A stretch of 63,113 bases of DNA, filler included, from Stramenopiles sp. TOSAG23-3 (Eukaryota): NCBI GenBank assembly GCA_900128585.1. It is 5 parts of 5 records of this genome, joined end to end, with 100 filler letters (N's around TTAATTAATTAA, not from the genome) between each part and the next. Parts side by side here need not be neighbours in the genome. Positions count along the whole stretch, not along the records: positions 15,378 to 30,592 come from LT642530.1; positions 30,693 to 45,889 come from LT642531.1; 3 more parts are not named here. One strand, 5' to 3'. A program made the translations under genes and the position numbers. This document shows, piece by piece, positions 21,245 through 31,839 of the stretch (the stretch's first letter is position 1; every line of letters begins with the position of its first letter). The notes under the pieces were generated by a model. That model searched no databases. It was not told the origin of the DNA and saw only the letters and a list, made by a program, of their open reading frames with translations.

Positions 21245-22273
21245 TTGAAACCCCACGAGAATTCTGTTTTGCATCTTTGCTTAGCAGGGATTCCATTGAA
21301 CCGTTTATTGAATGAAATCGAGGAAATGAAACATGTAGATTACTCGGGGTGTGCCACCCGCAGAAAACACATTATGCTTGCTATAAAGAATCATGACATG
21401 CATGCATTGCGGGCAATTGTAAAGGAGGGGGTGGTACTTAACAAACGCGATCGGCTGCGGCTTGAACCCAACCCTATCAAGTTGGAATACGGAGTAGCAA
21501 AAGAAGCATTGCAGTCGTATGTAGCAGGCGGCAAACTGGCAAAGCGCAATGGACTACTCGAAGCGGAAAATAAAACGCTGAAAGCAACGAATGAGGAATT
21601 ACAGAAGCAGTTATCAATGTTGTCTGCTCGCAATGCGGCCATGGCAAAGAAGGAAAAAAAGATAGAGAACGGTTATTTCCACCGTGTCGGCTTAGGAAAA
21701 CTACCCTTGGGTACCAAAGACGGGCGCAGAGAACAGCAGTTTGAGGTGAGTGTTCTGGAGCTAAAGACGGAAATTAGAAAGTTGGAGGGACAGTTGCAAG
21801 CACACAAACACCAGAACAGAGGGTTGATGTCTTTGCTTTCTGAAGAAAGGGAAAAATATTCGAAAATAGAGTTACAAAGCAAATTTGTGGAGAAGCAGTT
21901 GAAGTCAGAAGTCATCTCATTGAGAGAAGAGCAGGAATTAGACGCAAAGCGATTGCAGGATCATCGAGCACAACAGGCGAAATTGAAGACCTCGCATGAG
22001 GCAAGCCTTTTGGCAGAGGCGACTAGATTGCACGAGAAAAACAAGGGTCTGCTTGCGCTTGTTGCACTCCGCGAAGGCCGAGTCCAGCAGTTACAAGCCC
22101 AGAACGAACAATTAACGCATTTGCTTGCCGCAGCAAAAGTTGAATTGAAAGATACGAGGGAAGTTGAGCAGCTCAAAGCCCAAATTAACATCAGCAAAGC
22201 AATGGGTGCGATGCAGGCGGCAATGGAAGGCAGTGGGTTGGGGGATCGGCTGAACATTTTCCCTGATATTTAA
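21245..22273 (+). CDS. Coiled-coil protein, unknown function (start uncertain; first in-frame ATG 21326)
   Basis: 342-codon ORF rich in E/K/Q/L heptads. Confidence 0.7.
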   Translation: MKPHENSVLHLCLAGIPLNRLLNEIEEMKHVDYSGCATRRKHIMLAIKNHDMHALRAIVKEGVVLNKRDRLRLEPNPIKLEYGVAKEALQSYVAGGKLAKRNGLLEAENKTLKATNEELQKQLSMLSARNAAMAKKEKKIENGYFHRVGLGKLPLGTKDGRREQQFEVSVLELKTEIRKLEGQLQAHKHQNRGLMSLLSEEREKYSKIELQSKFVEKQLKSEVISLREEQELDAKRLQDHRAQQAKLKTSHEASLLAEATRLHEKNKGLLALVALREGRVQQLQAQNEQLTHLLAAAKVELKDTREVEQLKAQINISKAMGAMQAAMEGSGLGDRLNIFPDI

Positions 22274-22487
22274 GATGTGACAACAGCGTGTTGCCGGGTG
22301 CCAGCCAGAGTTGTACCGGTCTCGTAAAGCGCGAAAATGAAAAAAACATATAAAAAAAAACTAATGATAAAAAAATATACGTGTAATTTTTACGAAAAGT
22401 AGAATTTAGAGTGTACATACTTTTAATCGTAAAACTGCGGTACCGAAACCTTCCAAATGCCCAGTCCCCCCTTCGTTTTACCCCAAT

Positions 22488-23492
22488 TTACTCTGGGTCC
22501 CCCACGCCACCTTCCATGAGCATGAATTCCGCTTCACTTTCCGCAATCATGGGCGAATCAATAACTTTACAGATGCGATTGTCGCCACGCCCTTTGCGCA
22601 ATTTTAAACGGGTGGTGGATGCATGGGCAATGATGTTCCCCCCGATCGCTTTGTTGTTATCTTTGACGAACATTGCAGCGCCTCCCGGGTCGGCGGTGAC
22701 TTGGTTGGTGATGACTACTGCGACGCCATAAGTCGATGCAAGCATGGTCAGTTGCCTCAAAAACTGTGCCAGTTTCTGCTGCCTTTCGGCCAGTTCGCCC
22801 CTGCCTGTGAAATCAGTACGGAACAATGCCGTCGCACTATCTATGACCAACAGCGCGTACCTGCTTTCGGACATCATCGCCGCGGCATGCTTTAAAAGCT
22901 CCATTTGATGCTCCGAGTTGTACGCGCGCGCATAGGCAACGTTGTCCAAGACGTCGTCAGGGTTCATGCCGAACCGTTCGGCAATCTTTTTTAACTTTTC
23001 TGGACGAAAGCAGCCCTCGGTGTCGATGTAAAGGGCTTTTCCCTCACCTCCCCCTTGGTCTACTGGGAGCTGTGCGGTCACGCACAGGGTGTGGCAGATT
23101 TGTGATTTCCCGGTTCGAAACTCCCCGTAGAGCTCAGTTATCGACCCGGTCTCCATTCCTCCCTGGAGCAATTCGTCCAAGTTTTTGCTTCCAGTGCTAA
23201 GTGTAATTAACGACTCGCGCTGCACGGCCAGCTCCGTGGCCGTCGTGAACCCCATGGGAATGAGCTTTTTCGCTTCGTTCAGTATTTTCGTCGCCTTCCC
23301 TTCGCTGATACCTTTCAAGTCGCAAAGCTGCTTCATCGTTGCGTACGCCACGGCTTCAACGGTGTGAAAACCGCCCTCTTTTAGTTTGTTCACGTCGCTG
23401 TTGTTGATTCCACAGGACTCGAGCCGGGCAACTTCCAGTGGCCCAAACTCCTCCTCGCCCTCTTGCATCATTTGTTGTGCTTGAGCCGCCAT
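22488..23492 (-). CDS. RAD51: RAD51 recombinase with DMC1-type L1/L2 loops
   Basis: RAD51-type [65 protein letters not shown]. Walker A GEFRTGKS. Confidence 0.93.
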   Translation of the reverse strand: MAAQAQQMMQEGEEEFGPLEVARLESCGINNSDVNKLKEGGFHTVEAVAYATMKQLCDLKGISEGKATKILNEAKKLIPMGFTTATELAVQRESLITLSTGSKNLDELLQGGMETGSITELYGEFRTGKSQICHTLCVTAQLPVDQGGGEGKALYIDTEGCFRPEKLKKIAERFGMNPDDVLDNVAYARAYNSEHQMELLKHAAAMMSESRYALLVIDSATALFRTDFTGRGELAERQQKLAQFLRQLTMLASTYGVAVVITNQVTADPGGAAMFVKDNNKAIGGNIIAHASTTRLKLRKGRGDNRICKVIDSPMIAESEAEFMLMEGGVGDPE

Positions 23493-24505
23493 ATTGAACG
23501 ATGTGTACGCTTTCCTCTATATTATTCGTTTGGTAGAAAAACCAACAGTAGATATTTTCGTTGGCAATAGAGTGGAAGGCGCTAACCTTTCATCTTGATT
23601 ATCATTTTATCGTGGTGCAACACTGAGCATTGAGTACTAGACTTCTAGTAGATTAACCGACCTTCTTTCTTCTGAATTTGACGCACTTCTTCTTCATCAA
23701 TTTTTAAACGACGATGAATTCAATTTTTATTTACAACATTATATTAATATAGACATAGTATATAAAAAAGAAATCATGTACAACAACAATGATGGCAGAA
23801 TTCATATTTTTTTGGAAGGACGTTTCTTTCAGTATTTTTTTCCACTTCTTTCTAATCGAAGAGAGTTACGCGGGAAACGACAAGGTCCATTTTATAAAAC
23901 AGAATACATATGCATACCATTGGATTTGTATCATAGTAGCAACAGAGCACACTGTTTTATTTTATACTTAGTAGAAACTATAGAATACAAATAATTATCC
24001 TATAATATCGAATAAAGAATCAGAAGAAAAGAAAAGGAATGGATGTTATTTCGATGTTGTTTTATTAATATCTTTTCGTAAAAAAATAAGATGAACACAC
24101 GAAGAAGAAGAAAGAAAGTGAAAAAAAAAGACAACAAAAAAGAAGGATTTTTCCCCCCCAAAAAATATTTTATAAGCAGAACACAACATCATCATGGACG
24201 GAAGAAAGAAGAAGAAGAAGAAGAAGAAGGAAGAAAAAGAGAAAAAAAAGAAGAAGGAAGGAGATCTAGAAAGAAAGAAAGAATCTTCGTCAAAATCTTC
24301 TTTGTGTAATTTTAAATGTGGTTTTGATTCTTCTATTGGGTTCTTTGTTCAACCTTCTTTCACCAACAGTCTGAATCGATTCGTGGTCCAGGTTCACCAA
24401 AACGATCGAAAAAAAAAATAAGAACCCAACGAAATTACAACTATTATACGCCAAGAAACAGGTATAATATTTTGCACGCCACCGCCACCACCACCACACC
24501 ACACG

Positions 24506-25621
24506 ATGACAGACATAAACGGTTTACGGTGTCTTCCGGACATTGCAGAGGATACAAAAGTTGTTCGGTACATCAAATCGGGCACGGGAAACATACAGCA
24601 ATGGGGGCTTTTTACCGGCGAGACGTACAACATTGCGTTGCAAATAAAGCAGAAACCGAGCGGTTGGAGAAAGTTTTACACGTGGATTAAGTCTTTGCAA
24701 GACGTCGGAAAGACCAAAGGGGCGATTGCCCTTCTTCTCTTTTTCACGTCTTGCGCGCGGGTCTTTGGGTTTGGCTTCGACGGGTATGCAATCTCCGCCT
24801 TCCTGTCCGTCGCAATGTACCTGTTTGTCCACTACATCTCCATCATTAGCCCAGAGTACTTCCAGCCACTTATCACGGCGAAAAATACGTTCGTTGTGTA
24901 CCGAAACATGGACACGAACGAGTTCAAGCGAACGATACAGGCCGTATTCTGGCAGTTCGATACGAAGAAAAGCAAAACGTGGCCCAACTGGATAAAGAAT
25001 GCCGACGGAACCAAAGTGTTCTCGTTCTCGTCGTTGGTGGTGACGCCGGAGCTTTTTCATTCGGAAGAGGGCAATGAACAGATCTTTCAACTCCAAACGT
25101 GCACCATTGGCCACCTGAATTTGAACAAAGTGGCGATGAAGAGCTTACGAAAGGCATGGTCCGGCATTAAAAGCGACGTTTTCGGCAGCATGCACTCCGT
25201 GGCCATGTGGGCAACCAAGCACTGGCTTCGATTTCTTATTCTGCTCGCCATTGCGGCGGAGACTTTGAACGTCTCGTTCGCATTAGCTGGGGTCGAGACG
25301 TTTGCTGGCCACTTTATGGGGGTTATGATCAAGCGCTTGGCAAACAGCATGACCACACTGGCAAGTTCCCCAATCAAAACGTTGTATAGAACGGGCCCGG
25401 CTTTCAATGGCTACGGCTTTTGGGCCAACCGACCGTTGGCTGAAATTTGCACGGCGATGATGCCAAGGTTTGATCGAGACTTTTGGGAGACTAATATGGA
25501 CAAATGTCTGTACGAGTACGAGGCGAAAGAGGACGCGTTCGTGTTGATGTTCATTTTTGCAATGTCTTTCATTGCATTTCAATATCTTATGCTCGTTTCA
25601 AGAAATTCGAAGAGGAGGTGA
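24506..25621 (+). CDS. Uncharacterised multi-pass membrane protein
   Basis: 371-aa ATG ORF with about 4 hydrophobic segments and a C-terminal LY..GP...GFW....EIC...FW..N...C motif. Confidence 0.75.
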   Translation: MTDINGLRCLPDIAEDTKVVRYIKSGTGNIQQWGLFTGETYNIALQIKQKPSGWRKFYTWIKSLQDVGKTKGAIALLLFFTSCARVFGFGFDGYAISAFLSVAMYLFVHYISIISPEYFQPLITAKNTFVVYRNMDTNEFKRTIQAVFWQFDTKKSKTWPNWIKNADGTKVFSFSSLVVTPELFHSEEGNEQIFQLQTCTIGHLNLNKVAMKSLRKAWSGIKSDVFGSMHSVAMWATKHWLRFLILLAIAAETLNVSFALAGVETFAGHFMGVMIKRLANSMTTLASSPIKTLYRTGPAFNGYGFWANRPLAEICTAMMPRFDRDFWETNMDKCLYEYEAKEDAFVLMFIFAMSFIAFQYLMLVSRNSKRR

Positions 25622-25922
25622 GGCGAGAAGGCAGAGAGGGTAGAACGATAAATTTTTAAATAATGACTTCAAAATAATAAAAAAAGGAAATGCGACAGGA
25701 CACGATAAATACCGTGAAAGAGTTTTCAACAGCTGGCTGGTATTGTCTAAAAGATAATCGGATCATTATTTATTTTTTATCAAGATCTTACAATATTTTT
25801 AGTTAAATCGCGGTAAACACCATGTACAAAATTCTCTTAAATTTTTTTAAATCACAAATTATTTTTTAGTTTTAATTTTCCAAACGTTCACGGCCGGCAA
25901 CCACATATCTGTCCAAAAGTGT

Positions 25923-26858
25923 TTACCCCGTCTCACCGTCCTTTCTTGCAGCGGCAACTTCCACCGCTTCACTCTGCTCCTTCTCCTGGATTACTTCGTG
26001 AATTTCGTGATCTTCAACACAGTTTTCAGCATTGGTCGTGTAACTACTGTTGTCTAGGCCGGCGTCTTTGAACTTTCCAGTACTAGGGTCTATGTACAAT
26101 GGAATGTAATGCGGCACAAAGTATACGCACGTATTCTCATAGGGATACATTTGAGGCATCAGTTGCATCGATTGGTTTGGTACACCACCGTTCTGAACCA
26201 TCATCGGTTGCATAACAGGAACGTGGCCCATCCCATTGTAGTAGTACGGCACGTTCCCCGCAGGTGAGTACGAACCCATGCCCGTTGGATCCTTATCGTT
26301 GTCGTATTTTTTACTATTCCATATTTCAAGCTCTTCTCTAGAGTGCGCAAAGTGGCAGTCTGCTCCCATTTTACAGTTTCGTTTTGGCCCCCTAGCATGT
26401 CTGCACAACCGGTACTGACATCCTGGCTCCATTATTGGCGGCTTGTACCGTGGCACATGGCGGGCGAAAATTGCAGTAGGGATGACAGTGTTGTCTATTT
26501 CCTGCCCTAACTCCTTGTTCCACTTGTTTAACTCCTTGACACTGTGCGCAAATATGCAGCTGTTCCCAGCTTTACAAGTTCGCTTCCTCAGCATGTGCTT
26601 GCACAGTTGGTACGCCGTGCTGCACGTTTTTGGCAAATCCCTTCTTCTTCTTACCTTTATGTTTTCGTTCGATCGTTTGGAACCCTTGGCGCCTTTACCG
26701 ACCCCCTCAACACTAACTTTTCTCATTTCTTTAATTTTTGCCGCACGTTTTGGCTGCAACGCTTTGAATTTTGCGTCAACCTTTGAGATGTGGGCCTGGA
26801 GTAGAGCGGGATCAACGACGCCTGGATCATTACCGCCTTTTACGGGCTGTTTCTCCAT
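25923..26858 (-). CDS. Tandem CCCH zinc-finger RNA-binding protein
   Basis: YQLCKH...CKAGNSCIFAHS and YRLCRH...CKMGADCHFAHS. Confidence 0.88.
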   Translation of the reverse strand: MEKQPVKGGNDPGVVDPALLQAHISKVDAKFKALQPKRAAKIKEMRKVSVEGVGKGAKGSKRSNENIKVRRRRDLPKTCSTAYQLCKHMLRKRTCKAGNSCIFAHSVKELNKWNKELGQEIDNTVIPTAIFARHVPRYKPPIMEPGCQYRLCRHARGPKRNCKMGADCHFAHSREELEIWNSKKYDNDKDPTGMGSYSPAGNVPYYYNGMGHVPVMQPMMVQNGGVPNQSMQLMPQMYPYENTCVYFVPHYIPLYIDPSTGKFKDAGLDNSSYTTNAENCVEDHEIHEVIQEKEQSEAVEVAAARKDGETG

Positions 26859-27275
26859 ACCAGCCGTCTACCGCGTTTCCAATAATGATGTATATGTATT
26901 CCTTACTGGTATTGAATTGATATCAAAATTGTGGCAAGCAAAGGGAAACGAACTTTGAAAAACAAATCGTCTTGCATGCAGGACCTCTGTGATTCAGTAG
27001 TGTGTGCTACAAATTATACAGGTGTGAACCTTTTTCTTCTTCTTCTATCTTTGCCAACAAAAAATGCCACCACCATTTTGTATCCCCCATATATTTTACT
27101 ATCTACAAATATTTAAAAAGGGGGGCAGCACGCAGCACGCAGCAGGGTATTCTCTTTCTGAATTTAAATAAAAGAGAAGTTGTGATGCTGTGTTTATATA
27201 TATTAATATGATTGGATTATATTTCATCACACATATGGTTTTGTCTGATTCATCACAGAGGGCATAGAGCGAAGG

Positions 27276-27322
27276 TCATTCATTCATTCATTCATTCATT
27301 CATTCATTCATTCATTCATTCA
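27276..27322. repeat. (TTCA)n microsatellite
   Basis: About 11 perfect units. Confidence 0.95.
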
Positions 27323-27635
27323 GCATTCAGAAATAGAAAGAAGTGAAACCACTTTTTTTCTTCTTCTTCATTCATTCATATATTTTTAATTTTAATTTTT
27401 TTAGGTTGGTTGGTTGGAGGTAGTAAGTAAGGTAGGTATTATATTAATAAGTAGGTTATACACCGTTTATATCTTCAATGAATTTAAAATACCGTTGAAA
27501 TATTTATTCCATAATTCCTTAATTGTTTCTTATTCCGTTGTATTTGTATAGGAATAGCTCATGGATGCTTAGTATAGATGCCATGCAATGCTATATGTAT
27601 TCATTCATGAAATATCGTTAAAAAAATAAGAAAAT

Positions 27636-27641
27636 AAGAAA

Positions 27642-27697
<56 letters not shown>

Positions 27698-27826
27698 GAA
27701 ACAAAGAAAGAAAGAAAGAGGTCGCCAGAGAAAGAAAGAAAGAAGTCGCCAGAGAAAGAAAGAAGTCGCCAGAGAAAGAAAGAAAGAAGTCGCCAGAGAA
27801 AGAAAGAAAGAAGTCGCTAGAGAAAG
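27636..27826. repeat. (AAAG)n microsatellite with periodic GTCGCCAGAG inserts
   Basis: Five GTCGC(C/T)AGAG inserts separated by short AAAG runs. Confidence 0.9.
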
Positions 27827-28223
27827 AGGCAAAACAAACGTAATCGATTATCTGTGTTGTGTAATAATGTATTTAAATATAGTTTACGTTATAAAATTAA
27901 TATATAGAAATAACAGGGAAGAAAGAAGAAAAATATAATAATAATAATAATAATGTGGGTCGCAATGAGTCATACATATATACATACTTACGTTTAAAAC
28001 AAACCAAACTCATTTCCAAAACCAGCATCAACATCATCAACAATAACAAAAGAATGGCACAAAGTAAAAAGAGAGTGAATGGTGGGTAAGCTTTCTTTTC
28101 TCTGACACAATTGTTGAATCGCGATCCTCCGTGGAAAGATTGGATCTACCTTTCTTCTTCTTCCGTATTTAACATAATTTCACGCCCGCATAAGTAGTTC
28201 GCGACCACGCTCGCTGGCCAACG

Positions 28224-30452
28224 ATGAATTTTACCGCGGGTGGTATGACACGCAGCAAAACGACGGTGCGTTCGGCGTATGCGTCTTTCCTGGACCGTTT
28301 GGACAAAGACGACGATGGGGGAAATTTTACCGCAGCGGACGAACGAAACGAAGTTATACGAATATCTACGTCATTTTACGACAAGGAGGCGCCGCGCCCG
28401 GGAAAACACGGGACGTTGGAAAACACAGAAAGTGTAGAAAAGATGGCGCGGCAGGTGGACCCTGGGTCGTTGCTGCAAACGTTCGAATTTTATGCCGCCC
28501 TGTTTGCACCCCACCAGCAATTGATTAAAAAAGTTCCCACCTATAGCGAAATCAAATTTGCGAACAACACACTTAGCCAGGGAGAGCTAATGTGCTTCTG
28601 CAACGATTTTGCCTTGACCCCGAACATAGTATCTCGCCAAGACATACGACACGTGTGGCCATTCATTCAGGAGGAGCACAGTGGGTACGCCGGAGGGTCC
28701 AGCGAAAAACGGATAGGAAAAGAGTTGTCGTTGGAGGGGTTTAAACAGTTTTTGTGCCGCATCGCGCTCGTTAACATGGTCTCCCCAGAGGGGCGCCCCG
28801 TCCACTTGTCAAAAAAACGCCAGGCCCACGAAGCAGTCGGGAACCTAGTTAAGTACCTGAAGTTCGACAACAAAAAGTACATCAAGAAGAAGCTGCGGAC
28901 CACTGGCGCGGCCACGCAAACGAGGCTTTCGGGTGCCATGAAAGCACCTTGCAAGAACCCATACATAAAGCACGACGCGAAACGGTTTAAAATGGTTTAT
29001 CCGCCCCCAAAAGGAGACAACTCGATCAATGGGATCATTGAAGCCGCAAAGAAAAAGAGGGAGGCGCTGCGAGCTGGTGCAACTGGAAACGGGAACGCCC
29101 GGACGCTAGACTCTTCGGTGTATCGGAAGGCAATGGACAGCTACATCCCTTCATTGAAAAACATTTTCAAGCCCTTCGAGGCCGAACTGGTGCTAAACGA
29201 GTGGGCCCCGTTCGTTCGCGACCGTGCCTCTGGCCAAATATGCCGGTGCTACATTGACGCAGGCGAAGTGATCCGCGGCCACCTGTACAAATATAAAGTA
29301 ACCCTTGTCAACCAGAGCAGCAGAAAGGTAAAGTTCCAGCGCCCGTTTTTAGAGCCCGAGGACGCGGACAATAACATTAGAATAGATGCGACGTTCGACC
29401 CACAAGTCGTCAAGCCAGGGCGGGCGACCCATGCGATCGTATCGTTGGTTGCCCCTCACCATTACGAAGCAAACGCATCCATAGTGTTTGCCGCGCACGC
29501 AGTGGACGGACCGTCTAATTTGAGAGAAAACAAGACGATCAACAAGGCGATGGTCAGGTGCCCACTCTACGTCATTTCATTCGGGGCCCACCATGGGGAA
29601 CAGAACAAGCCAAGGCAGGCAATGACCCTCCGGGAGCGCATGACCACGTACCTGCCAGAGCCGGATGAAAACGGCGGCGTGGTTCCCCCAGCAACGGCGC
29701 CTCCCAGTGATAGCGAGGGTGAAGAAGTCGAGGAGGACGCGCAGGAAGAAACCGAGGAAGAGTACGCATTTCGGAAAAAGCAGGAGATGAAGGCAAAACT
29801 TCGGGGGCCGTACGTTCAAGATCTAGAGCGCAAAACAGCGGAGCTTTGGGGCGAGATCAACAAGTGGAAACATGCCAAATCTGCAAACAACGCGTTGGCT
29901 CATGAAGTTGGAAAAAAAAACGTCCGCGATCTCATGGCCTTGTCGTTGGTTGGGCGACCGCGAGGAACGATGCCCGTAGTTCCGGCCTTGGACCAAATAC
30001 TGAAAATGGAATTCCTGTCCCCCTCGCCAAGCTTTGCGGAGCCACGGAAAACGCCCAAATGGATGGTGAACGGGGAAATGTCTGCGCCACAAGAGTTCGA
30101 TGAGCATGGTAGCGTAATCCAAAAGCCGAGGGTTGTAGATGCGCTTATGAAAAACAAACGCAGGAAGGCGATGGCACACCGGCGCAGAAGAAAGAAATTG
30201 CCGTTCTTACCGGCCGTGACCGCATACAGTTCCGTCGATTTTCGAAAAGACGGCGACGTGTACCGTGCAATTCACGGCAAATCATTAATCGGGAGCACCA
30301 GTAGCCTCCACTCGCTCACTTTGCCGAACACCGAACACTACACAATAAGGCGCAGCGCAACGGCAGATGTCTTGCGCGATAGAAGAGAGCGGGTGGCAAT
30401 GGTTCGCTCGAAATCTGCTGCAGGGAAAATGCTCTTAAAGAAAATTGCGTAA
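28224..30452 (+). CDS. Hypothetical protein with EF-hand-like and ASH/Ig-like segments (possibly flagellar)
   Basis: 742-aa ORF. EF-like LSQGELMCFCNDF and LSLEGFKQFLCRIA. ASH-like IDAGEV...VTLVNQS...VKPG. Confidence 0.7.
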   Translation: MNFTAGGMTRSKTTVRSAYASFLDRLDKDDDGGNFTAADERNEVIRISTSFYDKEAPRPGKHGTLENTESVEKMARQVDPGSLLQTFEFYAALFAPHQQLIKKVPTYSEIKFANNTLSQGELMCFCNDFALTPNIVSRQDIRHVWPFIQEEHSGYAGGSSEKRIGKELSLEGFKQFLCRIALVNMVSPEGRPVHLSKKRQAHEAVGNLVKYLKFDNKKYIKKKLRTTGAATQTRLSGAMKAPCKNPYIKHDAKRFKMVYPPPKGDNSINGIIEAAKKKREALRAGATGNGNARTLDSSVYRKAMDSYIPSLKNIFKPFEAELVLNEWAPFVRDRASGQICRCYIDAGEVIRGHLYKYKVTLVNQSSRKVKFQRPFLEPEDADNNIRIDATFDPQVVKPGRATHAIVSLVAPHHYEANASIVFAAHAVDGPSNLRENKTINKAMVRCPLYVISFGAHHGEQNKPRQAMTLRERMTTYLPEPDENGGVVPPATAPPSDSEGEEVEEDAQEETEEEYAFRKKQEMKAKLRGPYVQDLERKTAELWGEINKWKHAKSANNALAHEVGKKNVRDLMALSLVGRPRGTMPVVPALDQILKMEFLSPSPSFAEPRKTPKWMVNGEMSAPQEFDEHGSVIQKPRVVDALMKNKRRKAMAHRRRRKKLPFLPAVTAYSSVDFRKDGDVYRAIHGKSLIGSTSSLHSLTLPNTEHYTIRRSATADVLRDRRERVAMVRSKSAAGKMLLKKIA

Positions 30453-30464
30453 ATGTAACTGCAT

Positions 30465-30592
30465 GTGGGACCACTGGCATCGCTCGTTAATCTCAAGACG
30501 CTCGGGCTCGATAATAATAAAATCCAGGACGTGGCACCACTGGCAACGCTCGTTAATCTCACGCGGCTCGACCTCTATAGTAATCAAATCGT
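30465..30592 (+). pseudogene. Startless internalin-type LRR fragment (2 x 66-bp units), cut by contig end
   Basis: Translates VGPLASLVNLKTLGLDNNKIQD VAPLATLVNLTRLDLYSNQI. In-frame TAA at 30456-30458 just upstream. Confidence 0.7.
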
Positions 30593-30692
30593 NNNNNNNN
30601 NNNNNNNNNNNNNNNNNNNNNNNNNNNNNNNNNNNNTTAATTAATTAANNNNNNNNNNNNNNNNNNNNNNNNNNNNNNNNNNNNNNNNNNNN
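30593..30692. other. Artificial contig spacer
   Basis: N44-TTAATTAATTAA-N44. Confidence 0.98.
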
Positions 30693-30694
30693 AA

Positions 30695-31549
30695 GCCCTT
30701 GATGAAGAGACTGAAATGGCACGGCAAAAGCTTATGAAGCAGCGCGCCGATGAAAAGGCCAGGCGACAAGAGGAGATCAATAAGAAAACCGCTCAGCTGA
30801 AACGAATGCAGAAACACGCAAAGGGTGGAGATAGTAAGGCATTAAATGAGAAAACGCAGGCGAGGAGACGGAAAATGATGGAGGATAGGAAGCGCCAAAA
30901 GGAAGCCCAGCAAGCTGAAATGAAGAAAAGAAATGCCGAAATGCGAGCAAGGCTGAGGGCTGCAAAGCAGAAAGGCGGTGACAGCAAAGGGTTAAGTAAA
31001 GAAGTGTTGGAGGCGAGAAGAAAAAAAGCCGAACAGTCAAAGCGAGATAAAGCAGGAAAAAAAGCAAGGGAAGAAAGAGAGTGGCGCGAGCAGCGAAAGC
31101 GGCTGAAAGAAATGCCAGCGGGGGACGCGAAAGGGCTTTCTGCCGAAGTCTTGAAAGCCAGAGCCGACATTGCAGCCCAATCCAAAAAAGATAAAGCGGA
31201 AGAGCAGGCTCGGTTGCAACGAGAATGGAAAGAGCAGCAAAGGCGCAACCGTGAAGCCCCTCCAGGCGATGCAAAAGGCCTGTCCCCCGCAATTCTGAAA
31301 GCTCGTGCAGACATAGCTGCACAGTCAAAGAAGGACAAAGCAGAACAACAGGCCCGCATAGACAGAGAATGGAAAGAACAACAACGAAGGAACCGAGAAG
31401 TTCCAGCAGGGGACGAAAAAGCTTTATCCACGGCTGTTTTAGAACAAAGGAAAAAGGTGGCTGAACAGTCAAAACTTGATAAACAAAGAGAAGCGGAAAA
31501 GATCAAAGCGGTGAACGAAGAAATGTTTTACATGCACGTGAAAGCGTAA
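30695..31549 (+). CDS. Charged helical repeat protein (about 49-aa GD(A/S)K(G/A)LS repeats), 5'-truncated
   Basis: Frame is open from the contig start (ALDEETEM matches the repeat). Five GD.K.L repeat starts. Confidence 0.8.
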   Translation, partial: ALDEETEMARQKLMKQRADEKARRQEEINKKTAQLKRMQKHAKGGDSKALNEKTQARRRKMMEDRKRQKEAQQAEMKKRNAEMRARLRAAKQKGGDSKGLSKEVLEARRKKAEQSKRDKAGKKAREEREWREQRKRLKEMPAGDAKGLSAEVLKARADIAAQSKKDKAEEQARLQREWKEQQRRNREAPPGDAKGLSPAILKARADIAAQSKKDKAEQQARIDREWKEQQRRNREVPAGDEKALSTAVLEQRKKVAEQSKLDKQREAEKIKAVNEEMFYMHVKA

Positions 31550-31606
31550 ACATAGCTGAAATTTATCTTCCTCATGTACCACGATTTGGTTAAATTACTA
31601 AAAAGC

Positions 31607-31765
31607 TTAAAAACAAGAAAATTGGCTGTTACTTAAAGTAAATTTAATGAATGCAAACCTAGAATGTCTAAATCTAGATTTCAGTTCGCAGTGCATTAAA
31701 TTTAATTACTTAAACAACAGCCAATTTTCTTGTTTTTAATTAAAATTAGTGTACTGCGAACTGAA
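31607..31765. repeat. Interleaved inverted repeats between convergent genes
   Basis: Perfect 24-bp IR at 31607-31630 / 31716-31739. 13-bp IR TTCAGTTCGCAGT at 31680-31692 / 31753-31765. Confidence 0.85.
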
Positions 31766-31839
31766 CTCTACTGGTGTGAATTTGGTAATCAATATATCCT
31801 CGTCACTTAGTCTTGACTATCATTTTCATATGGATATTT

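Noticed and set aside
21235-21287. Possible 53-nt GT-AG intron giving an MRIPLNRLL start for the coiled-coil gene
   Set aside because: Weak donor (GTATTT) and no other introns to calibrate against; unsupported without transcripts.
705-23492. DNA-repair cluster of ligase plus RAD51
   Set aside because: The genes are on different contigs joined artificially.
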